Below, piece after piece: positions 20,520 through 31,108 of a DNA stretch of 31,108 bases. The stretch lies in the NCBI RefSeq assembly GCF_000143415.4, contig NW_003314377.1, positions 441,375 to 472,482 of the forward strand, read 5' to 3'. This DNA is from Selaginella moellendorffii. Taxonomy: Eukaryota; Plantae; Lycopodiophyta. Each line of letters begins with the position of its first letter. Position 1 is the stretch's first letter. The notes beneath the pieces were generated by a model. That model did no database searches. It was not told the DNA's origin and saw nothing but the letters and a program-made list of their open reading frames with translations. Position numbers and translations under genes: made by a program.

Positions 20520-22288
20520 GGAGGGGGTGTTGTCAGGAATCCCCCAATTCTTGCCACATTCCTGACTCTTGCCGGATTCCTGACCTGCAGACCACATTCC
20601 TGACTCTCGAGACACTTCCCAATTCTTGACTCTCAAGACACTTCCCTATTCCTGACTCTCGAGACACTTCCCGATTCCTGAGTCTCAGGCCACATTCCTG
20701 ATGATGATGTGGCGCCTCCTCGACCTCAGCTATATTTAGGCCGTCCTCGATCCAAGAGTGGTGGAGTTTCATCAACGTATAGTATATATAGGTTAGCCTT
20801 GTTCCATTTCTCCACAATCTGAATCAACACCAGTCTAAGGCCTCTTCTTTGTTTCCACTAGCTTTTCTCTTTGTCTTTGTGCATTTTCCAGTCTTGATCT
20901 TGTCAGGGGTCTTGACAGTAGATACTATTCCTTCATTCAAAAGATTTTTGACGGTTCTTGAGAAGATGGGAAGCAAGGAAAATACAAGATCTATGAGTAA
21001 CAATTGTAGTGCAAAGGAATGTGAGAATGTTAATTTTGTTTCATTACCACAATTTCCATATTACACTCCTATTCGTTATTACGTTTTTATTACCCATTTG
21101 AAAATGTGGAGACCACTATCGTGATTGATAAAAATGCTTTTGTTACTTCTGAAACAACAGTTCAGAGTAAAAGATATGAAGAAATGAATAGCACGGTGGA
21201 AAACACCAAGAAATCTACTCCATAACACTTTCCATGATATTTGTAATTTAAATATTAATTCATATTAAAAACTGTGTTGCCAGCTTATATCACAATCCTC
21301 TCATATGATAAGACCAAGATATATTTTTGTAGTGAATCCTCATTAAAAGTTTTCGAGAGTTGTTTGTGAATAATAATAAAATAAATTAAAATCTTTCGAA
21401 AGACTCAAAAGTAATATCACATCAAAGAATCAACTTTATCTACATTTCCAAGACTGAAAAGCAATCTCACATAAGGGAATAGTAGCGTGCCAATGTGCTC
21501 TGCCACTATAATGTATTCTATATTTCCCTGCAGTCTATTTCTCTAAACATTTGGCATGCGTAGAAAAGAATATATGTGTAGTAAAGTAGGATTTCATTAT
21601 AATGATAAAGCATGTGTATACACGATAATCTAAAATTCTAGAAGCTCTTATGTTTATAAGCAAGCTATGATTATGAAGCCCCATTTCCAAAACTGACATT
21701 TAAAGAATCTGAGTATCGTCAGTGTTATAATAAATAAACCTTATTCCCGAGACTCAAACTTAATATATAAACTATCTAGAAAAGTTATAGTCATTATAGT
21801 TTTTTTGTTCTCCTTGAGCTCCTTGGAAGTTTGTATTGAAATGGCTCGAAGGAAAGTCACTGCTACTTGTACTTAGCCCCCCAACATTTATATTAATCTC
21901 CACCTCCATCCCCAAGTTCTACCAACATTCTACCTTCACCTCCATATAATAATCCTTTTTCTACTGAGGGCTTTAGTGAAGTTGAACTAGAGCTCCTTAT
22001 ATATGAAATTCTGAATCTTATTATTAGATAGGGATTGCCTCCAATGCTTCAAAAGCAATGCCACATGTTTTTGCAAGATCTTGTTCCTGACATAGCAGGA
22101 CTACTTGAAAGCACAAAGCACTATTACATTCGGTGTTTAATATGCTACTTTTTCTTGGACAAGACAAGTGGCTTTATGGGTTTACAAACTTTTCTTGAGC
22201 ACTGTAGGAATTGCCCAATGGCGGGTTTGGAAAATGTGCATGTGTGGATGTACAATAGATTCAAGAATGAGTTACAGACATATACCTT

Positions 22289-22844
22289 CTCACCTTCACT
22301 TATAGTTTGCATGATATAGATAGTTCTTCTCATCATGTTCTCAAATAGTTCTGGTAGTCCTTTCTTTTTGTTCATCAAGCAGATATTAAAGAAATCTAGA
22401 GTTTCTATCTGTCACTTATACGGAAGCTTCAATTTTGCGATATTATAAATTATATCATCGGAGAAGAGTCGGGAAGAGCTCTCAATTGAGTTCGTACAAA
22501 TTGAGCATAAAATTCAGCATGCAAATTCTTCAAAGTTGAAGAAACTAAAATACATTGCAGACAATTGTAGGCCGAAGGAGTGGCTAGAGACTATAGCTGA
22601 AATTTCTTAAGTTTTTTATCACACTTCATTTTTCTCAATTATGCATATTTACTTTTGTAGTGAACAAAACTCTAGATGATATATCTTATAATATCGCAAA
22701 ATTGAAGCTTCCGTATAAGCGACAGATAGAAACTCTGGATTTCCTTAATGTCTGCTTAATGAACAAAGAGAAAGGACTACCAGAACTATTTGAGAACATG
22801 ATGAGAAGGGCTATCTACATCATGCAAACTATAAGTGAAGGAGA
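22289..22844. repeat. ~170-bp inverted repeat (22289-22459 / 22675-22844) of exon-like sequence with a ~215-bp spacer
   Basis: Both arms encode MNKxKGLPELFENMMRRxIYIMQTISEG on opposite strands. Confidence 0.9.
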
Positions 22845-23171
22845 TTCGAGTTTTTGGATCTTTAGTCAAAGTGCCCAAATATGCTCCAGCTAAAGTGAAT
22901 GTGAAGCAAGAGTTAGTCATTATTCTCTCGTCCTCTTTTAGTTCAAGTGGAGAAGTTATATTAGTGTCAGCGCCAAATTCACTTGACGTGCACTTATTTT
23001 TGTATAGGCTTGTGAGCAAATTTCTATCCTTCTACAACGATATTTTCCTCGAGCTACCACCTTTTGTCAATAGCACAAATTCCAAATGGAAGGGGATAGA
23101 AACCAAATAGTATATCCACAATTGGTGCAATATCAAGACCACACACTTTCAACATTTTGAAGGTACAATGT

Positions 23172-26100
23172 TTACTTGCCAAATAAGAGGAATCTTTGCA
23201 TAGGATAAATAAACCTCCTTAAATGGAATGATCTTAAAAGCAACAGTTAAATTAGGTTATAAAATCTCAACTTCACAAATACTAAGACTAACAACATATA
23301 CTTGACTAAGACGTACACCATCTATAAGTATATATTTTTTTGGCTTACCCTTTAATAAGACAATGTATTCAACAATTTTGAATGCTAAGAAATTGAGTAA
23401 ATTTTGTTCAATTGATAGACTTGCCTAGACTAGTACCCATTGTGGAATCACCAATGTAAAATTCTATGAGGCTAAAGGTGTTAATTCTATTCTCATTGAG
23501 CTTAATAAATGGCACTATACACATGTCCCAGAAATACAAGAACTATGAGAAGCCTTGCTGATACTAGTGTTCAATTTTCTGGAGATCAACACTGTATTAC
23601 TTTTTATCTTGATGTGGTCAAAGTGATGCCCATGCTATTTTAGTGCCTCTCCTTGTCAAAGTTCTAGCATAAAAAATATGGAAGTAGAAATGTCGCATAC
23701 ACTTTGGGATTGCTTGCTGATCCTCTATCCCACCTCTTATTGGTTATGGACAAGATCAGGTTTTTTTCACATTAAAGCCTTCCTTTCTTAATAATGTTAT
23801 GAAAGATCAGTAGTCCAGTGGTGCCTTGGTTCGAGCTATGCAAAAGAATATTTGTGATAGTTACTCATTTTATGCCCTAGATAACAATTGAAAGTTCGTG
23901 GCATTTGGTGCGGTGACAACTGGGACGCTTCCAGATAGAACAGAAAGTGGTAGTTCTGCACCATCAAGCTCCTGCTGCTCTCACTAGCAATAATCAAGAG
24001 GCACGAGAGATTTAGTTCTCCTGTGGCAGATCAATGCGGGGGTGATCCTAGGGAACTGTAATCACCCCTTTGGCGCTTGTCAAAAGCCTCAACCACGCTC
24101 TGACAGTGAGGGTGGCGTCCTCCTTCGCATAAACCTTTCATGTAGCCACCATGGAAGTCTGGCTAGTAAATATCCTTGATGCGTCTCAAGAATCGGGGTG
24201 ATTTTTGGGTGCTAAAATCGGGAGGAGTATCAAGCTCGCGCAGGACGGCAGTCTCTCCGAGAAAAAGCGGGCTTGTTTGATTCCCCCAAACCCACCAGGC
24301 ACATGGAGAACTTCGTCCACTTGAGCTGCCTGAGGATGGAATTGCCTGTTCGTGACAGGAATGGATGGTGAATGTGTCCAAGCACAGCCCTGAACCTGGA
24401 AAGATCACACCGAAAGCTTACAAAGTCTACTTCTCTGGAAGTTCATACCTCTCAACCTTGGTCCCTGAAAACGTATCCCGCCGCCAGGGCGCCAAACACA
24501 AGGTCAGCGTCGAGAAAGCTACACTGCGAGGAGGAGGAGGAGCGCCTGCGATCGATCATGTCTTGTCAATGGAATCAGACGAGACAAGAGAATCAGCTGC
24601 CAGGGCTGGAGCCGCCGCTGCGCCGATAGGCCAGGAAATGGATTATCACAGCCGCCGCAGTCTCCAGCTTGCCCACGTCAATCTGCGCAAGGCTGAGGTG
24701 CTCCAGCGTCGCGATGCCAGAGCATCCGCATTGATGATCGACGATGATTCAGTATTTGGTATTTACAAATATCGGGAAGAGAATCGAACCCGAAACGTTT
24801 GTCTTGGGAGACCAAATGACTGGTCTAAGCTGTTTTTGTGAGCCGGCGAACCAGAATAATGGCTCCTTATTTAGCAAATTTTTTGCATAAAAGTCCTTGT
24901 TGAGTGGACCCTTCGGCATCGAACCCGGGTCTTCTACAACGGTTTACCTCTACACTTACCTGATAGCCATCATCTCGGCAACCGGGTTCCCGTATTAAAA
25001 AAATCATACCATGTACTTGAACCATATGACAGGGGTCTTTGCGAAATCCATGGCGTTTTTGTTAGATCGCCCACCAGACGAGATTATCCCCCGCATTCGT
25101 GCTGCTCGGCGTTTCGTCCTTGGCAAAGCCCCCTCTTGGGTTGTGAATCGATCATCGTGGTAATAGATCGTCAAGAGTTATGGCCTGGGTTGCAATAGAA
25201 ACTCGCTGAGCAATCTCCACAGCCGCAGGAGCTTTGCGATCTTCTGCTGGTGTGAATCTCATCAGTCCCAAAACTCCACGTTTTGGCAATCCAACGAAAC
25301 CTGTAGCGTGTGGCCATTCAAACGAACATACCTCGGTATCATCCTCGGCTGCCTCGATGCCTGGAGAGTAACAGTCCCGGGAAGAACCATCATTTGCCCG
25401 AAACGAAATCACGATGGATCCCCTTGCATTCCCGCTGCCAGCCAAGTACCAGCTTGTGTAGAACTGAGCCCGAGCCGGAGACCAATCCACCGGGGCTGTC
25501 CAAGTGATGCCGAGATCAAGCTCGCTGTGTGTGCCAGCAAAAGAGAGCCTGAGGAGGACGCGAGCACCCGACTTGGAGCAGGGCTGAGACTGAAAACACG
25601 ACTGTCCATGAAGTTGATGCCTGTTTCTTCGCTGAGATCTCCAGCCAAGTGCTTCGCCAAGCTCTCCTCCAGCTCCAGATAGACACTACTTGTAGTTGCA
25701 AGCGGGCACTTGCCTACCAGCTTTGAGCCAAACATGCTGGAGAGTGTCCAGTCTTGCAGCTTTCGGAAAACAACCTGCTCCAATGTCGTGCCTTCTTCGT
25801 CCCGATCGAAGTCACCGGAAGTGATAAGCAGCCTCTGGGAATGGTACATACCACTGTAAATCGTCTGCCTGTCCAGGAGCGTCGTGAGCCCAGCCTTGTC
25901 TCTACATGGGAGAAGCGTGAGCCATGGCGTGAGCCGTGGCGTTCTACAGAGTGCTTCTCTCGGGAGTGCTCGCTCTTGCTCCATTTCTTTCCTTTCACCA
26001 CCCTCTTCATGCCAGGAGCGTCGAAAGCTCCTCCTCCTCCTGTCCGGTTTGCCTCGGGCCTCGACGAGAACCACGGCCCCAAGAACGTAGTTGGCAATTC

Positions 26101-26926
26101 GAGGAAGTTGATCGATGCGCAAAAGAGGCCCGAGAGAGCAGCTCGCCGCCAAGCCAGTGGGAGTGGAGCTCACGGCATTTCCAGAGGTGGACGTCGACGT
26201 CCAGCCAACGACGTGGGCTGCGCGATCGGATCGCCCACGCCCCAGCGCTCGTTGTTCCATCGCCCTTGCCATTTCTTTGATTCGAAACTTCCGGACCTGT
26301 TCCAAGCGATTCTTTCATCATCGTTTCGGGATTTGAGGACTTACGAGCTGGAAGATCGACAAAAGAAAGGGCAAAAGGAGGATAGGGTTCGATTTTACCT
26401 CTCAAAAGCCTCGACCACTGAGAAACGTACTTGGAGTAAGAGTTCGCACCCTTGGAGGCATGAAGGGCAATGAGATCACTCTTCTGAAGGCCATGGGTGT
26501 TTGCACTGTGCTGGGAGATTCTCTCCAAGGGCAAGTAAATCTGTGCTTGAATTCTTTCTAGTAGTTGAGTTTATATGTATGGAAAGTGTGGGCTCATTGA
26601 GATGCATTTGATTGAGCAGGATGAAACACGATGATCAGTGTGTACGTATTGCATGAGTGTGGTAAGCAAGCAATCCACCTCTATGCATACTTATGTCTAG
26701 AAGGGACAAAATGAGTTGATGTTTTGCCAGGTAGCAATTTTGTCTTTACCCAGGTTGTTCTTATTAGCATGTATATTGAGTGCAATAGTCTTGAAGTTCA
26801 AGTATCTTTTAGTGGAGTTTTGAGCCTTGGACAATTGTCATTTAGCACATATAGTTGGCATGGAAAGTTGCAATATACATTTGTGATAGAGCAAAATGCA
26901 CTAGGAAGGCTTGAGATAAAAAAAAT
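23172..26926 (-). repeat. Right arm of the large inverted duplication
   Basis: Reverse complement of ~4051-7252, with ~0.5 kb of PIG-T sequence missing from the left arm. Confidence 0.95.
25020..26305 (-). pseudogene. PIG-T: PIG-T/GPI16 pseudogene, copy 2 (longest)
   Basis: LSGLFCASINFLE; LPREALC..LTPWLTLLPCRDKAGL..IYSGMYHSQRL; WTLSSMFG..GKCPLA; GSGNARG. N-terminus and C-terminal TM region absent. Confidence 0.92.
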
Positions 26927-27233
26927 GTGATGAATGATGGGATAAAGTGAAAGTGATAGATCCAGAAAACAATTGAGAACTCACCAAGAAATCGTAAAAG
27001 CCCATATATGAAAAAAGTTGATGCAACCTTGTGGCTGAAATCCAAGCTGGAACCCATGCACCAAGGTAGTAAAACCTGAAGACAAAAGAGAAGAGGTGAA
27101 AGAAAATGGGGAAAAAAGAAAAAGAAAAAAGAAGTCATTACATTAATGCTTTGAGGTGGCAATGATTGTGAGCATGTGGAAGCTCATGGCCAATTTTATT
27201 GGTGAGCACATATGAACCACCCTCCACTTAGCA

Positions 27234-28300
27234 CTAGATGAAGTAGAGGCTAAGCCACTGTGAAGAAAATTTGGAGGATGAAGTGAACTTTTTGAGAAGA
27301 ACAAGTTGTTCAGGAAAAAAGATGATTAAACTAGGAACTTTGGAGTCAATGTCTGCCTTGGTTTGCTCAATTGAAGCCCTACATTGCTCGTCAAGGGCAA
27401 GGATCTTCATGTCACGAGCATGAAGCTTGTCCATGTTGGAAAGTTGGAAGTTTGTAGTATGGCGCAAAGATAGCGCAAGCAATAATACTTGGAAATCTAT
27501 GAAAGTACAAGTAGTCTAATCAAATAAAGAGGCTAGGCTACACTATGTCAAATGCCCATGGGGATAACAATGTAGTTTGCAAACATCTTTAGGATCAGAA
27601 ACCTGCTCTTGTGGCTAAAGAGATCACATTGCTCCCAAATCCAAAATCAACAAAAGCATTGATGATGGGAGAACTATCGCCAAAGCCTATAGGTGCAAAA
27701 ATTGCATCTAGATTAGAAGAGGAGGCTGTGTCAATGATGTGCACATCCAATAGGAAAGATGCTATGGCTTTAGTAGATCTTGTAAAGTCCTTTAGATGCT
27801 ATCTAAAGCTAGGAATCATACATGAAAGCTCACACCACAAAAAGGTGACAAATGTTTCCATCAATTGTTGAAGTGCACACTCCAAGTCCCTACCAAAGGA
27901 AGGTGCAAGATATCTGGGAAGGAGAGGCGTGAATGGGAGTTTGCATGCCACCTTTAGTGTTGGATTAGTGATTGCTGAAGGAGTTGGATCGCCATCAATT
28001 TTCTCTTGATCAGTTGTTTTCTTCTTTTGTGCTCATGTGGCTATTGTCTTTGCAAACTCTTCCTTGGGATCTTGATTGCATTGACTTGTCCCATTAGAGA
28101 TTTTCCTTTGTTGGAAGATGACGAAGGTACATCCTCGATTGCATGCTGCTCAAGCTGTTGTTAGTAGCAATCCTTTGCTTGTGTTATAGTGCTATTATCA
28201 GTGAATGGTTGCTCTTGGACACATTGAAAACGTGGTGGTCACAACTCTAGATAAAGTTTTCAACACCTCTCTATGCTGTGAGTTGTGATGTTGCAATGGG
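27234..28300 (-). mobile_element. Old Ty3/gypsy relic (protease-like and integrase C-terminal-like pieces), interrupted by the solo LTR
   Basis: INAFVDFGFGSNVIS (protease-like) near 27620-27660; FFPEQLVLLK..SKFSSQWLSLYFI (GPY/F-like) near 27240-27320. Confidence 0.4.
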
Positions 28301-28308
28301 AGCAATAC

Positions 28309-29890
28309 TATAAGTGACTAAGTTTTCCATTTTACTTTAGTCATTTAACCGCACCTCCGACCACTTGGAGGAGTCTCATTCACAACTTCCATAAGTCCCA
28401 GTTAGGACTTAGGGCTTGCTAGCCCCGAGAATGGCATCCATGCCACTCAACCTTTGCACTTGGTCCAAGTGCTCCATGTGTCTGATCCCATGACTGACAC
28501 CCCAAGGCACCATTGACATATCGGCCCGTTACGCTAAGGCCATGCCCATTCACCTTGGTCACACCGGTGGTCTAACGCCACCTACATCATAGTCCCATCT
28601 CTCAAAGACTAGGCCATCCGTCCGTGAGTGATCATCCCAGATCTACTCCTTAACATCCTTAGGATGCCCGTAGACATGGGGAATAGCCTTCCCCGACAAC
28701 TCTTTTCCAGCCCCCACCAAGTCCCTTTCTGTCCATGGCCGTGTTCGCCAACACTGCCACTAGATCAAAGCTCGCAGGCTCGACCTCTAAGTCCCACTAT
28801 CCTTTGGGACTTCTTCATCATGTGACCATATCCTTGGTCACTACACTAGAGGACTGTTCCTCTTCCCTTTCACCGTTTGGGACTTTGGGACAACATTTCG
28901 GAACACCGTGGCCTTATGTAAGCCTCATGGGTACTCTCCCTGCCTTTCACCTTTAAGTGCTCTAGCCATGGGCTTAGAGTTAGGTTCCGTTGAGCCACGC
29001 CAGGTATCCAAGTAGGTAGTGCCACCCACACTTGGATTGGGAGCATTGGCCAATCGATCTCCCGGGGGAACTAGAGATGGCTCTTGAACACTTCACCAAG
29101 TTACCCACTTGTCGGTCCGTGTTCACTCTAGTCTTGGACTTCCCAGTGGGCAGCTCATCACCCAACACTGGGTATAGCCTTCCTGGGCTAAATTGGCCTT
29201 TCCTGGCCCAACTGGCTCCACTGCAGTCCTCCCCCTTACTATACTTTTGGAGCTCACCAAACCCCCTAGGGTCTGGGAGACGAACACTTTGGGCTTTCAC
29301 CCTCTTAGACTCGAACTCGGACTCGGACTCGGACTCGGACTCGGACTCAGACTCGGACTCGGCCTCGGCCTCGGCCTCGGTCTCGATCTTGGTCCCGATC
29401 TCGGTCTCGGTCTTGGTCCCGGTCTCGGTCCTGGTCTCAAACTCCATCTCGAACTCCATCTCGGGTCCATCTTGGACTCCATCTCGGGTCCATCTCATAG
29501 TCCATCTCAGACTCCATCTCAGACTCCATCTCGGGTCCATCTCGGACTCCATCTTGGGTCCATCTCATAGTCCATCTCAGACTCCATCTCGGACTCCATC
29601 TCGGGTCCATCTCGGACTCCATCTTAGGTCCATCTCGGATCCCATCTCGGGTCCATCTCGGACTCTTCCACGTGTCATGTTTTGGTCCTTTTGTGTCTTC
29701 TTTTCTAGAGACTCACTCATGGCTCGCCTCGTGCTTGTTCCTCGAGCACTTCATTGGGAGTTCCATTCCCACTCTTGACCTTTTCAAGTCGAAGCTTTTA
29801 GTCTAAATGTGTTACGATCGTTTAGCTTTCACTTTGGCCACTACCACCCTTTCGGCTCCACTTTGGGGCCTATGGATTTTGTGTCTCACA
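28309..29890. mobile_element. Solo LTR of family A (1582 bp) with internal GACTCG and 12-bp repeats
   Basis: TA(TG-derived)...CA ends; perfect TSD AATAC at 28304-28308 and 29891-29895; homologs at both window ends. Confidence 0.92.
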
Positions 29891-30155
29891 AATACCAAGA
29901 GTGTGGAGCACATTGTGGCTTCTCAGCCTACTGTAAGTGGTAAGTATGGGTAGTGCGAGCTACTCCTTTAAAGGAAATAGGTGGTTTTATCACTGATCAT
30001 TGTTGCTTTGTCATTTTGGAACATCATTTCATTAGTTTTTGTTCCTTCAAATACTAATTAAATTAGTGCCTTAATAGTTTTAGAACCAATTGAGAAAAAA
30101 ATAAACTAGTAGATGGATTGTCCATGAAAATGCATGATTTGATATTTGAAGTAGA

Positions 30156-31108
30156 TGTAAGCAATTAAATTTTCAATTCTACTTTAGTCACTTAACCACA
30201 CCTCCGACCACTTGGAGGAGTCTCACTCACAACCTCTATAAGTCCTATTTTGAACTTAGGGACTTGCTAGCCCCAAGAATGGCATCCAAGCCACTCAACC
30301 ATTGCACTTGGTCCAAGTGCTCCATGTGTTTGATCCCATGATTGACACCCCAAAGTACCACCGACATATCTGCCTGTTATGCTAAGGCCATGCCCATTTA
30401 CATTGGTTACACCAGTGGTTTAACACCACCTACATCACAGTCCCGTCTCTCAAAGACTGAGCCATCCATCCATGAATGATCATCCCAGATCCACTCCTTA
30501 GCATCTTTAGGATGCCCGCAGACAAAAGGAATAGCCTTCCCCGACAACTCTTTTCCAGTCCCCACCAAGTCCCTTTCTGTCTATGGCCATGTTTGCCAAT
30601 ACTGCCACTGGATTATGGCCTGCAGGCCCAACCACCAAGTCCCATTGTCCACTAAGACTTCCTCACGGTGTGACCATATCCTTGGTCACCACCCTAGAGG
30701 ACTACTCCTCTTCCTTTCCACAGTTTGGGATTTTGGGACAATATTTCAGAACACCATGGCCCTACGTGAGCCTCCTGGGTACTCTCCTCGCCTTCCACCT
30801 TTGGGTGCTCTAGCTATGGGCTTAGAGCAAGGTTCCGTTGAGCCACGCCAGGTATCCAAGTAGGTAGTGCCACCCACACTTGGACTGGGAGCATTGACCA
30901 TTCGATCTCCCGGGGAAAGTAGAGCTGGCTCTTGAACACTTCACCAAGCTACCCCACTTGTCAGTCCATATTGACTCTAGCCTTGGACTTCCCAGTGGTC
31001 ATCCCATCAACCAACAGATGGGTATGGCATTCCTGGGCCAAACTGCCCTTTCCTGGCCAAACTGGCTCCACTGGGATTCCAACCCCCACACTCTCCCTAC
31101 CCCTGCAC
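30156..31108. mobile_element. Third LTR family A site, same orientation as 28309-29890; runs off the window end
   Basis: Starts TGTAAGCAATTAA; colinear with ~28309-29245. Confidence 0.9.

Larger units (their letters stand above)
16664..20917 (+). mobile_element. Chromovirus (Ty3/gypsy, Tcn1/Tf1-sushi-like) lacking RT-RNaseH; LTRs 16664-17128 and 20531-20917
   Basis: TGTCA...TGACA LTRs about 3% diverged; perfect TSD GTAGA (16659-16663/20918-20922); PPT GAGGAGGGGG; gag, protease, integrase and chromodomain present. Confidence 0.97.

Noticed and set aside
25409-26305. Functional 298-aa PIG-T protein
   Set aside because: The ORF drifts in and out of the PIG-T frame, crosses an inversion and lacks the N-terminus and TM region.

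Overview
Repeat-dominated land-plant nuclear DNA (AT-rich background; the element mix is compatible with a non-seed plant, but this is inference) with no intact host gene. Contents: (1) three separate sites of a ~1.6-kb LTR family with an internal 12-bp satellite, one a clean solo LTR with a 5-bp TSD; (2) a 5S-rRNA-bearing Cassandra-type TRIM in tandem 3-LTR/2-internal form nested in the gag of a decayed Ty3/gypsy element, plus two older Cassandra remnants; (3) a young chromovirus (Tcn1/Tf1-sushi-like) whose PBS pairs with its own LTR rather than a tRNA, and which lacks RT-RNaseH but keeps an open integrase-chromodomain ORF; (4) a ~3.2/3.8-kb inverted segmental duplication, arms ~16 kb apart, carrying a GC-rich mosaic with a GPI-transamidase subunit PIG-T/GPI16 pseudogene, plus a third independently decayed PIG-T fragment between the arms; (5) a small fold-back exon duplication, an AT-rich direct duplication and faint copia, hAT and gypsy relics. 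All alignments and identities were estimated by eye, and protein family calls rest on recalled motifs, not database searches.
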